From an uncultured Clostridia bacterium (lineage in GTDB: Bacteria > Bacillota > Clostridia > Christensenellales > UBA1242): 64,000 bases of DNA. Location: the NCBI GenBank assembly GCA_934746515.1, contig CAKVFH010000001.1:102279-166278 (forward strand), written 5' to 3'. Both the position numbers and the translations under genes were made by a program. This document shows positions 49,135 to 57,236 of this stretch, in pieces (positions within the stretch are counted from its first letter, which is position 1; the number at the start of each line of letters is the position of its first letter). Under the pieces are notes generated by a model that saw only the letters and a list, made by a program, of their open reading frames with translations, made no database searches and was not told the origin of the DNA.

Positions 49135-50061
49135 TTATTTCAAAAAGCCCCTGATAATTTCTTGTTCAGCTTCTTGCTCGGTTAAACCTAATGTTTGAAG
49201 TTTTATAATCTGTTCGCCAGCAATTTTGCCGATGGCGGCTTCATGGATAAGTGAAGCTTCGGTTGATTTTGCGGTGAGTTCTGGCTTAGCAATAATGTTT
49301 GCTTTATCCATAATAATCGCGTCACATTCGGTGTGACCGAAACATTTATTGTTTCCGTTGACAACTGACTTATATGTTTGGTGGCTGTTGCCTTTTGCGA
49401 CAGATCTTGACACAACATGGGTTGATGAATCTTTGCCGTTAAGCTCAACATTAAAGTTGGTTTCAGCTGTTTCGTTCTTTTCTGTCATAATTTTTTCATT
49501 GATTTCAAGTTTTGCGCCGTCATCAAGAGTTGCATTTGTTGTTCTTATTGCACTTGTAACACCGCTGATTTGCACTGTTTCCATTTTCATGTATGAATTT
49601 TTCTTCATTTCAACATTTGTAACAGGGTTCAAAACACGATTTCCTGTGCCTTTGCCTGAAGCGTAGTGCTTTTCAATATAAACAACTTTTGCGCCTTCTT
49701 CTAGATGGAAAGTGTGGATGCCGTCGTGACCTTCATCTTTTTCGGTTCCGCAAGAAATTCCGCAACCCGCAACGATTGTTACATCAGCGTTTTTGCCAAC
49801 ATAGAAATCATTATAAACCAAATCTTTTAAACCAGCTTCTGTGACAATAACAGGAATGTGAACGCTTTCATTTTTTGTGTTCGCCTTGATTTTTATATCA
49901 ATGCCAGGTTTGTCGGTTTTGGTTGAAATTTCAATGTTTGCGCTTGAACTTCTTGAAACAAGTTTTCCGTCTTTTCTGATATTATATGCACCAAGGGGAG
50001 TTTCATGTATATCTGCAATTTCCGCAAGCAAGTCTTTATCAATTTTTGTTAAATTTTCCAT
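49135..50061 (-). CDS. sufB: SufB/SufD family Fe-S cluster assembly scaffold protein
   Basis: About 308 aa from MENLTKIDKDL. Beta-helix style sequence with a C-terminal ...LIHEAAIGKIAGEQIIKLQTLGLTEQEAEQEIIRGFL typical of SufB/D. Its start overlaps the sufC stop (TAATG). Confidence 0.75.
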   Translation of the reverse strand: MENLTKIDKDLLAEIADIHETPLGAYNIRKDGKLVSRSSSANIEISTKTDKPGIDIKIKANTKNESVHIPVIVTEAGLKDLVYNDFYVGKNADVTIVAGCGISCGTEKDEGHDGIHTFHLEEGAKVVYIEKHYASGKGTGNRVLNPVTNVEMKKNSYMKMETVQISGVTSAIRTTNATLDDGAKLEINEKIMTEKNETAETNFNVELNGKDSSTHVVSRSVAKGNSHQTYKSVVNGNNKCFGHTECDAIIMDKANIIAKPELTAKSTEASLIHEAAIGKIAGEQIIKLQTLGLTEQEAEQEIIRGFLK

Positions 50062-50786
50062 TATTGAGCCTCCTCTAAAGCGGTGCAAGTTGAGTATATT
50101 TCAGAAAGGTGTGGGAGAACTTGCTCTTTTGTGCCAACTTTTTTAATTTCGCCAGCTGACAAAATTATAATTTCATCGGCAATATCCAAAATTCTTTCTT
50201 GGTGGGAGATTATTATAAATCCGCATTTATATTTCGTTTTAAGATTTTTAAAGGTCTTAATCAAACTGTTAAATGACCACAAATCAATGCCAGCTTCTGG
50301 CTCGTCAAAAATTGTGAGTTTGCTTTTTCTTGCAACAGTTGTTGCAATTTCAATACGCTTTAGCTCACCGCCAGAAAGCGAACCATCAACCTCACGATCA
50401 ATATAGTCTCTTGCGCAAAGCCCAACATCAGAAAGATATTTGCAAGCATCGCCAACAGCAATATTTGTGCCTGTTGCAAGCTCAATCATTCTTTTGACTG
50501 TTATGCCTTTAAATTTCACTGGTTGTTGGAATGCAAAGCTGATTCCAAGTTTTGACCTTTCGGTTATGTTTAGGTTGGTGATATCTTCGCCGTCAAGCAA
50601 AATTTGTCCGCTTGTTGGTTTATTGATGCCCATAATCACTTTTGCAAGTGTAGATTTTCCAGAGCCGTTTGGCCCAGTTATAACAAAGAACTTATCGTCT
50701 TCAATTTTTAAATTAACATTTTTAAGAATTTCTTTTACTTTTCCTTTTTCCTTTACAGAAAAGCAAATGTCTTTGAGTTCTAACAT
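50061..50786 (-). CDS. sufC: Fe-S cluster assembly ATPase SufC
   Basis: Walker A GPNGSGKST, ABC signature LSGGELKR and Walker B LTIFDEPEAGID. Confidence 0.88.
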   Translation of the reverse strand: MLELKDICFSVKEKGKVKEILKNVNLKIEDDKFFVITGPNGSGKSTLAKVIMGINKPTSGQILLDGEDITNLNITERSKLGISFAFQQPVKFKGITVKRMIELATGTNIAVGDACKYLSDVGLCARDYIDREVDGSLSGGELKRIEIATTVARKSKLTIFDEPEAGIDLWSFNSLIKTFKNLKTKYKCGFIIISHQERILDIADEIIILSAGEIKKVGTKEQVLPHLSEIYSTCTALEEAQ

Positions 50787-50804
50787 TTCCGCCTCCTAAA
50801 ATTT

Positions 50805-50833
50805 ATTATAACCAACCAAAGATTTTTTTGCAA
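50805..50833 (-). promoter_or_regulatory. sufCB promoter
   Basis: On the minus strand: TTGCAA (50833-50828), a 17-nt spacer, then TATAAT (50810-50805). Confidence 0.65.
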
Positions 50834-50948
50834 TGTTTTTAATTTAATTTATATTTGTAGATTTTTAATAATTATATTGTTTATATTTCCACATCTATAA
50901 TAAATAGGGTGGGCGAAGTTTTGGTGGGATTGTTTATGAAAAAAACAA

Positions 50949-50977
50949 TAAAAAAACTAGCAGGGAACTGCTAGTTT
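50949..50977 (-). terminator. rpmB terminator
   Basis: CTAGCAG-GGAA-CTGCTAG hairpin followed, on the minus strand, by a T-run. Confidence 0.8.
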
Positions 50978-50991
50978 AATTTAAAATAAAA

Positions 50992-51177
50992 CTATTTATC
51001 TTTTTTTGAACCTTTCATACATTTTGTGCAAACATAAGCACTTTTAACTTCACCATCAACTTCAACAGTTGTTTTATGAATGTTTGGTCTGAAAGTTCTT
51101 TTTGATATATTCAATGCGTGGCTGCGTGAATTTCCTGAAGCAGTTCCTTTTCCACAAATACTACAAACTCTGCTCAT
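50992..51177 (-). CDS. rpmB: 50S ribosomal protein L28
   Basis: MSRVCSICGKGTASGNSRSHALNISKRTFRPNI... Confidence 0.92.
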   Translation of the reverse strand: MSRVCSICGKGTASGNSRSHALNISKRTFRPNIHKTTVEVDGEVKSAYVCTKCMKGSKKDK

Positions 51178-51400
51178 TGTATACCTCCTCGGCTTTGATT
51201 ATTAAATTACCTTGTAAATAATAACATAGATATTTGTTTTTTGCAAGTGCTTGAATGAAATATTTTAATTTTTTTAAATATATTCGCTTTTTAATCACAT
51301 AAAGTGTTGATTTTTTTTGAAATATAGTTTATTATTAGTGTAAGTTTGTAGGCAAACTATATTTTATTTATGCTTGCTTCAAACAATAAAAGGAGATATT

Positions 51401-51751
51401 ATGTCAGTTACAACGGTTAATTCCTATGGTAAAATTTCTGTTACAGACAACTCTATAGCGCTTATTGTTGCTCACTCAACACTTGATGTTTATGGTGTTG
51501 TTGATTTGGCAGGAAATAAATTTTCTGATTCAATTCGTGAACTTTTCAGAAAAGCATATAAGCCTCGTGGCATCAAAATCACAACCATCAGCGATAGAAT
51601 TAACATTGATCTTGACATTATCTTGAAATATGGTGTCAGCATCAATGCGGTTGCTGAATCTGTTAGAAGAGTTGTTAAATACAATGTTGAACAGTTTTCA
51701 GGCATGCTTGTTGACTCAATAAATATCAATGTTGTCGGTGTAAAAGTTTAG
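51401..51751 (+). CDS. Asp23/Gls24 family envelope stress protein (YloU-like)
   Basis: Asp23-type sequence (GKISVTDNSIALIVAHSTLDVYGVVDL). Divergent from rpmB and upstream of the DAK2 gene, as in Bacillus yloU-yloV. Confidence 0.8.
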   Translation: MSVTTVNSYGKISVTDNSIALIVAHSTLDVYGVVDLAGNKFSDSIRELFRKAYKPRGIKITTISDRINIDLDIILKYGVSINAVAESVRRVVKYNVEQFSGMLVDSININVVGVKV

Positions 51752-51820
51752 GCAAAATAGCTTTTGCTCTTTTGTCATGCTTTTCCGTTTTTATAATTAT
51801 TGTTTATATTTAGGAGAATT

Positions 51821-53467
51821 ATGGATAAAGTTATTACAGGCGCCTTACTCAGAAAAATGGTGATTTCAGGTGCAAATTATTTGGAAGAAAACAGTGAATA
51901 TGTTAACTCGCTTAATGTATTCCCAGTGCCAGACGGAGACACTGGAACTAATATGTCGCTCACAATGAAGTCTTCAGTAAAAGAACTCAACATGTGTGCA
52001 AACAACGATATGGAAACAGTTTGTGATGCCATTTCTAAAGGTGCTCTTAAAGGTGCTAGGGGAAATTCAGGCGTTATTTTGTCACAAATTTTAAAAGGTT
52101 TCACTTCATATTTTACTAACATGAAGGAAATCAAATCTATTGATTTTGCAAACGCTTTGATCGAAGGTGCAAATGTTGCATACAAAGCCGTTACAAAACC
52201 AAAGGAAGGAACAATCCTTACAGTCATTCGTGCAATGGCTGATGCTTCTGTTAAAATCGCTAAAAAGGAAAGCGATCTTGAACCATTCTTAAAGCAAGTT
52301 ATTGATATTGGTGAAGATGCCTTGGCAATGACTCCAGAACTTTTGCCAGTACTAAAAAAAGCTGGTGTTGTTGATGCTGGTGGTCGTGGACTTCTTATCA
52401 TTTTAAATGGTTTCCTTAAAATTGTTGCTGGTGACGAAAGCGAACTTAAACTTCAAGCTGACACCGACAAAATTAGCAACGGAACAATCAAGATGACAAA
52501 CAGTGAAGTTATTGACTATAACTCACTTGCTGATATTGAATTTGCATACTGCACAGAATTTTTCATTATAAACATCAACAAAAAAACAACAGTTGCCGAT
52601 ATTGACAAACTTCGTGAAACTTTGATGACTCTTGGTGATTCAGTTATTTGTATTGGTGACTTAAGTTTAATTAAAGTGCATGTTCACACAAACCAACCAG
52701 GCATTGCACTTACACATGCTTTAAAACTTGGTGAACTCAATGGCGTTAAAATTGAAAACATGCTTGAACAATTCAGAGCTTTAAAAGTTAAATCAGAGCC
52801 TGAAGAACTCAAGAAAATTGGTATTGTTTCTGTTTGCGCAGGTGAAGGACTTGCAACACTCTTCAAAGATCTCAATGTTGACTATGTAATTGAAGGCGGT
52901 CAAACAATGAACCCTTCAGCTGAAGATATTGCTGCCGCTTGCGACAAGGTTTATGCTGAAAATGTATTTGTGCTTCCAAATAACAAAAACATTGTTCTTG
53001 CTGCACAACTAGCAAACGATTTGTCAAAACGCAACATTTTCGTTCTTCCAACAACATCTATCCCACAAGGTATTTCTGCTGCAATTTCAATCAACCCAGA
53101 ACTTTCTGTTGATGAAAATAAAGCTTATGTTGAAGAAACAATCAAAGGTGTTGTTTCTGGTTCAGTTACTTATGCTGTTCGTTCAACATCAATTGATGGT
53201 TTCAAACTTAAAGAAGGCGACATCATTGGTCTTGGCGAAAAGAAGATTGTAACAAAGGGTAACGATATCAGCAAAGTTACTGAAGACACAATCGAAAAGC
53301 TTATGAATGACGATATTTCAACAATTTCGCTCTTCTATGGCAACGATGTTAATCCAGTTGATGCTGGTGCACTCATTGATAGACTTAAAGAAAAATATCC
53401 TGATATGGAAATTGATTGTCATGAAGGCGGTCAACCACTTTATTACTATTTAATTTCTCTTGAATAA
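51821..53467 (+). CDS. DAK2 domain fusion protein YloV
   Basis: PDGDTGTNM DAK2 motif and a length of about 549 aa. Conserved position before recG. Confidence 0.85.
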   Translation: MDKVITGALLRKMVISGANYLEENSEYVNSLNVFPVPDGDTGTNMSLTMKSSVKELNMCANNDMETVCDAISKGALKGARGNSGVILSQILKGFTSYFTNMKEIKSIDFANALIEGANVAYKAVTKPKEGTILTVIRAMADASVKIAKKESDLEPFLKQVIDIGEDALAMTPELLPVLKKAGVVDAGGRGLLIILNGFLKIVAGDESELKLQADTDKISNGTIKMTNSEVIDYNSLADIEFAYCTEFFIININKKTTVADIDKLRETLMTLGDSVICIGDLSLIKVHVHTNQPGIALTHALKLGELNGVKIENMLEQFRALKVKSEPEELKKIGIVSVCAGEGLATLFKDLNVDYVIEGGQTMNPSAEDIAAACDKVYAENVFVLPNNKNIVLAAQLANDLSKRNIFVLPTTSIPQGISAAISINPELSVDENKAYVEETIKGVVSGSVTYAVRSTSIDGFKLKEGDIIGLGEKKIVTKGNDISKVTEDTIEKLMNDDISTISLFYGNDVNPVDAGALIDRLKEKYPDMEIDCHEGGQPLYYYLISLE

Positions 53468-53483
53468 TAAAAACAAACAAAAA

Positions 53484-53508
53484 GCCAACCGTAAAGGTTG
53501 GTTTTTTT
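53484..53508 (+). terminator. yloV terminator (copy 1 of a duplicated 25-nt hairpin)
   Basis: GCCAACCGTAAAGGTTGGTTTTTTT. Confidence 0.85.
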
Positions 53509-53604
53509 ATGTAAAAAAATGTTTTATTTTAACCATTCAGAAAATAACAATCTGTTAAAAATAAAATCAAATTCATATCTAATAAAAATTTTAATGTTTT
53601 TTAT

Positions 53605-53633
53605 TTGAAAATTCCGCTAAATTGTTATATCAT
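53605..53633 (+). promoter_or_regulatory. Promoter placing the TSS at or near the XRE gene ATG (leaderless arrangement)
   Basis: TTGAAA (53605-53610), a 17-nt spacer, then TATCAT (53628-53633). The ATG is at 53640 and there is no SD. Confidence 0.6.
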
Positions 53634-53639
53634 TTTTAT

Positions 53640-53855
53640 ATGAATAAAATAAATTTAACATTTCCTGAAATATTGCAGGAAATTATGATAGAGAAATCAC
53701 TAAATCAAGTTCAGCTAGCTCAACTATTAAACATCAAACAAAGCCAAATTAGTGAATGGCTAAAAGGCAAGAGCAAACCTGGTTATGACAACATCAAGCT
53801 GATTTGCGAAACTTTGAATATTTCTGCTGATAGAATTTTGGGGCTTGATAGATAG
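53640..53855 (+). CDS. XRE-family helix-turn-helix transcriptional regulator
   Basis: 71 aa with the HTH_3 pattern LNQVQLAQLLNIKQSQISEWLKGKSKP. Confidence 0.8.
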   Translation: MNKINLTFPEILQEIMIEKSLNQVQLAQLLNIKQSQISEWLKGKSKPGYDNIKLICETLNISADRILGLDR

Positions 53856-53986
53856 TTGTGAATATTAAATTTAAACAACAATGATAATCTTGAATTTCAG
53901 ATTGCGCCCTAAACAGTGATTTGATTTTCAAAATTATATCACAAAATTTGCTAGCACACCATTTTAAAAAGCTTTGTTTTAATTAT

Positions 53987-54011
53987 GCCAACCGCAAAGG
54001 TTGGTTTTTTT
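53987..54011 (+). terminator. Copy 2 of the duplicated terminator hairpin
   Basis: GCCAACCGCAAAGGTTGGTTTTTTT, one loop substitution relative to 53484-53508. Confidence 0.85.
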
Positions 54012-54040
54012 GATAATTTCAAGTTTTAGTTGGGTTTTCG

Positions 54041-54069
54041 TTGTGTTATTTTGTTTTAGTTGCTATAAT
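54041..54069 (+). promoter_or_regulatory. Promoter abutting the recG start codon
   Basis: TTGTGT (54041-54046), a 17-nt spacer, then TATAAT (54064-54069). The ATG is at 54076 and there is no SD. Confidence 0.5.
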
Positions 54070-54075
54070 TTTTTT

Positions 54076-56091
54076 ATGGATTTAACTCAAATTAAAGGAA
54101 TTGGTGAAGCCCGCAAAAAGTCATTTGAAGAAAGTGGTATTTTTTCTTGTGAAGATTTAATCAACTATTTTCCATATAAATACTACGATTTCACAAAAAC
54201 AGAGCCATTTGCCGATGACGGAAATGTCAGACTCATCAAGGCAACCGCAATAGAAAATCCAAAAATCATCAAGGCACGCAAAAATCTCACATTTGTTTCA
54301 TGCAAAATGAACGATGAACTAGGGCACACATTTTCAGCAATTTGGTTTAATCAAACATTTATAAAAAGCCAACTTTATCTTGGACTGACTGTATTTTTAT
54401 ATGGTAAAAATAGCCCTAAAAAGAAAAATACTTTCAATGTTTTAATAATGAAAAAAGAAGACAAATTGACAAAATTTGGACTTCTTCCGGTTTATCATTC
54501 AGTTGACAAAGTGGGTCAAGCAACCATTTCAGACTGCATTAACAAATCTTTAGAAATGCTGGAAATTTCAGATATTATACCTGATAATTTATTATTAAAA
54601 TATAACATTCTAAAACTTAAAAATGCCTATAATTTCGTGCATAACCCTGAAAATGGCGATTCGGTGGTTAAAGCAAAAAATTCAATTGAAACAAACAAAC
54701 TTTTATGCACAATTGCAGCAAACGAAGATCAACGCATCTGCAGTAAAGAAATTAAACAACAAAATTATAAAAACATAACCAAATTAAAAGAAGATTTTAT
54801 TTCGATTTTACCATTTTCACTAACAAGCGATCAGATGAATGCCATTCAAGATATTGAAAATGATTTTGGCGGAAAATATTCAATGAACAGACTTTTGCAG
54901 GGTGATGTTGGTTCTGGAAAAACAATTGTTTCATTTTTTGGAGCGTTTGTTGCTAGCAAAAACAGCTATCAATCGGCAATCATTGCACCAACAGAAATTT
55001 TGGCTAGACAACACTTTGAGACCGCCACCAAACTTTTTGAAAAATGTGGCATTCAGATTGCGCTTTTGACAAGCTCAACTTCTGCGCTCGAAAGACGAAT
55101 GATATTAAATAAGCTTGAAAATGGTGAAATACAAATTTTGATTGGCACACACTCGATTCTTTCAAAAGAGATATGTTTTAATAACTTAACCTATGCCGTT
55201 TTTGATGAACAGCACCGCTTTGGTGTTGAACAGAGAGCCGAAATTAAGCAAAAAGGCAAGACAATTGATATTTTGGTTATGAGCGCAACGCCAATTCCAA
55301 GGTCACTAGCGCTTGTTGTTTACGGCAATCTCGACTTTTCAACGATTTTGTCAAGACCAAAGCAAGCAAATATCACAACCAATATTATAACAAAACAAAA
55401 ACAAGCAGATATGTGGAACTATATAAAAAGTAAGATTTCAGCTGGCTCAAAGGTTTATGTTGTATGTTCAAAAATTGATGAAGAAAATGAAAATGACTCG
55501 ATGATGAAATTTTCTGCAAAAAATGTTTATGATAGTTTATGCAAATTCTTTGATGAAAGCCAAGTGGGGCTTATTCACGGAAAACTTAAAAAGGAATCAC
55601 AAGACAGAGTTATAGAAAAGTTCAAAATGGGCAAAATAAAGGTGTTGGTGTCGACAACAATTGTTGAAGTTGGTGTCGATATCCCTGACAGCGACCTTAT
55701 GGTTATTGTTTCACCGGAAAGGTTTGGGCTTGCCACACTTCATCAGTTAAGGGGAAGAATTGGCAGAAACGGCGAAGAAGCGCATTGTTTTTGCATTGCT
55801 GACAACCTTAACGAAAAATCTTACAAACGCGTTAATTTCTTTAAAAATCATTTGAATGGCTTTGAAATCGCCGAATTTGACTTAAGCACACGTGGTGCAG
55901 GAACCATGTTTGGAACAAGCCAGCATGGTCAAGGCTCTGACCTTGTGTCAAACTTTTCAGTCGAAACATACAAGCTTGCAAGACAAATTTTTGATGAAAT
56001 TAAAACCAACCATGAAATCACTCAAAAGCTTATTGAAAAATACAGCATGCTTTGTGGGCAGGAAAGTATAAAAAATATTATCCTTAACTAA
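54076..56091 (+). CDS. recG: ATP-dependent DNA helicase RecG
   Basis: GDVGSGKT and DEQHRFG motifs and a wedge-domain N-terminus. Start taken at MDLTQIKGIGEARKK; the listed upstream extension begins inside the terminator. Confidence 0.92.
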   Translation: MDLTQIKGIGEARKKSFEESGIFSCEDLINYFPYKYYDFTKTEPFADDGNVRLIKATAIENPKIIKARKNLTFVSCKMNDELGHTFSAIWFNQTFIKSQLYLGLTVFLYGKNSPKKKNTFNVLIMKKEDKLTKFGLLPVYHSVDKVGQATISDCINKSLEMLEISDIIPDNLLLKYNILKLKNAYNFVHNPENGDSVVKAKNSIETNKLLCTIAANEDQRICSKEIKQQNYKNITKLKEDFISILPFSLTSDQMNAIQDIENDFGGKYSMNRLLQGDVGSGKTIVSFFGAFVASKNSYQSAIIAPTEILARQHFETATKLFEKCGIQIALLTSSTSALERRMILNKLENGEIQILIGTHSILSKEICFNNLTYAVFDEQHRFGVEQRAEIKQKGKTIDILVMSATPIPRSLALVVYGNLDFSTILSRPKQANITTNIITKQKQADMWNYIKSKISAGSKVYVVCSKIDEENENDSMMKFSAKNVYDSLCKFFDESQVGLIHGKLKKESQDRVIEKFKMGKIKVLVSTTIVEVGVDIPDSDLMVIVSPERFGLATLHQLRGRIGRNGEEAHCFCIADNLNEKSYKRVNFFKNHLNGFEIAEFDLSTRGAGTMFGTSQHGQGSDLVSNFSVETYKLARQIFDEIKTNHEITQKLIEKYSMLCGQESIKNIILN

Positions 56092-56126
56092 ATTATTAAA
56101 AATTTTAATTTTTTTTGTAAAAACAC

Positions 56127-56155
56127 TTGCATTTAATCTTAAGATTTGATATAGT
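56127..56155 (+). promoter_or_regulatory. tRNA cluster promoter
   Basis: TTGCAT (56127-56132), a 17-nt spacer, then TATAGT (56150-56155). Confidence 0.65.
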
Positions 56156-56176
56156 TATATCGTTCGTTAAGGACAT

Positions 56177-56252
56177 GGGGGTTTAGCTCAGCTGGGAGAG
56201 CATCTGCCTTACAAGCAGGCGGTCATAGGTTCGAGCCCTATAGTCCCCACCA
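56177..56252 (+). tRNA. tRNA-Val (anticodon TAC)
   Basis: Manual cloverleaf: acceptor GGGGGTT/AGTCCCC, D arm GCTC/GAGC, anticodon loop CTTACAA, T arm ATAGG-TTCGAGC-CCTAT, encoded CCA. Confidence 0.9.
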
Positions 56253-56255
56253 TTT

Positions 56256-56300
56256 GTTTCTCGCTACTTTCACTTCGTAGTGGGGGTAGTGAGAAATTTT
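56256..56300 (+). other. Hairpin plus short T-run between tRNA-Val and tRNA-Gly
   Basis: TTTCTCGCTAC (56257-56267) pairs with GTAGTGAGAAA (56286-56296, one G-U), followed by TTTT. Confidence 0.5.
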
Positions 56301-56307
56301 ATTTTAT

Positions 56308-56382
56308 GCGGGAATGGCTCAGTGGTAGAGCGCTGCCTTGCCAAGGCAGATGCCGCGAGTTCGAATCTCGTTTCCCGCTCCA
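56308..56382 (+). tRNA. tRNA-Gly (anticodon GCC)
   Basis: Acceptor GCGGGAA/TTCCCGC, anticodon stem CTGCC/GGCAG with loop TTGCCAA, T loop TTCGAAT, encoded CCA. Confidence 0.9.
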
Positions 56383-56461
56383 ATAGGGAAACGGCAGGTT
56401 GAAAGACTTGCCGTTTACTTTATAAACAATATTTATAATCATTATAAATTTCATTTATAAT

Positions 56462-56536
56462 GGCGACATAGCCAAGCGGTAAGGCACGAGTCTGCAAAAC
56501 TCCCATTCCTCAGTTCGATTCTGAGTGTCGCCTCCA
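56462..56536 (+). tRNA. tRNA-Cys (anticodon GCA)
   Basis: Acceptor GGCGACA/TGTCGCC, anticodon loop CTGCAAA, T arm CTCAG-TTCGATT-CTGAG, U73 discriminator typical of tRNA-Cys, encoded CCA. Confidence 0.88.
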
Positions 56537-56539
56537 ATA

Positions 56540-56573
56540 AAAACTCATCAACAATAGTTGGTGAGTTTTTTTT
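56540..56573 (+). terminator. Terminator after tRNA-Cys
   Basis: ACTCATCAAC-AATA-GTTGGTGAGT followed by TTTTTTTT. Confidence 0.8.
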
Positions 56574-56794
56574 GGCGACCAAAGAATCAACTTGCCGAGC
56601 TAACTAGCACTTTTAGAAGAAAATGTGTAACAGAAACATTTTGTGGCTCACTTACATTTGTTGGCGAGCTAGTTCGCATGGTGCAAGCCCACGAGCCAGG
56701 TTTAGAATGATTACAAAAAAATCTATTAAAGGTTAAGGTCTATTTTAACCATTATAATTTGTGCGAGTATACTGAGTGTCGCCTCCAATAAAAA

Positions 56795-56825
56795 GACCAT
56801 AGGGCAAACCCTATGGTCTTTTTTT
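56795..56825 (+). terminator. Terminator inside the repeat unit (different stem sequence from 56540-56573)
   Basis: GACCATAGGG-CAAA-CCCTATGGTC followed by TTTTTTT. Confidence 0.8.
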
Positions 56826-57236
56826 GGCGACCAAAGAATCAACTTGCCGAGCCAACATACACATTGAGTAAGAAAAGTGTGTAAACAAAACCTTTTGTGC
56901 CACACTTACACTTGTTGGCGAGCTAGTTCGCATGGCGCAAGCCCACGAGCTAGGTTTAGAATGATTACAAGTAAACATCTATTAAAGGTTAAACTTTATT
57001 TTAGCCGTTATAGCTTGTGCGAGCATACTGAGTATCGCTAACATATAATTTTCAACGAAGAATTTGAAGGCTAGTGAGTTTTTTTTGGCGACCAAAGAAT
57101 CAACTTGCCGAGAAAATATATGCATTAACTGAAAGAAATGTAAACAAAATATTTTATAACACATTGTTACTGCCAATACGACCAATTTAATTGCGTAAAC
57201 AATATAAATATGATATAATAATTTTAGGTGAAGATT

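Larger units (their letters stand above)
56521..57150 (+). repeat. Tandem array of ~251-261 bp units (2 full copies plus 1 partial) starting inside tRNA-Cys
   Basis: CTGAGTGTCGCCTCCAATAAAAA occurs at 56521 and 56772, with a degenerate copy at 57028. GGCGACCAAAGAATCAACTTGCCGAG occurs at 56574, 56826 and 57087. A 58-nt block TTGTTGGCGAGCTAGTTCGCATGG..GATTACAA is conserved in units 1 and 2. Confidence 0.9.

Noticed and set aside
50865-50877. Fur/PerR-like palindrome (TTAATAATTATAT) upstream of sufCB.
   Set aside because: Only an 8-bp AT palindrome in very AT-rich DNA, a poor match to the 7-1-7 box. Not distinguishable from chance.
56456-56461. TATAAT box directly abutting the tRNA-Cys 5' end.
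   Set aside because: It would place the TSS inside the mature tRNA and is likely compositional. The cluster promoter at 56127 is a better candidate.
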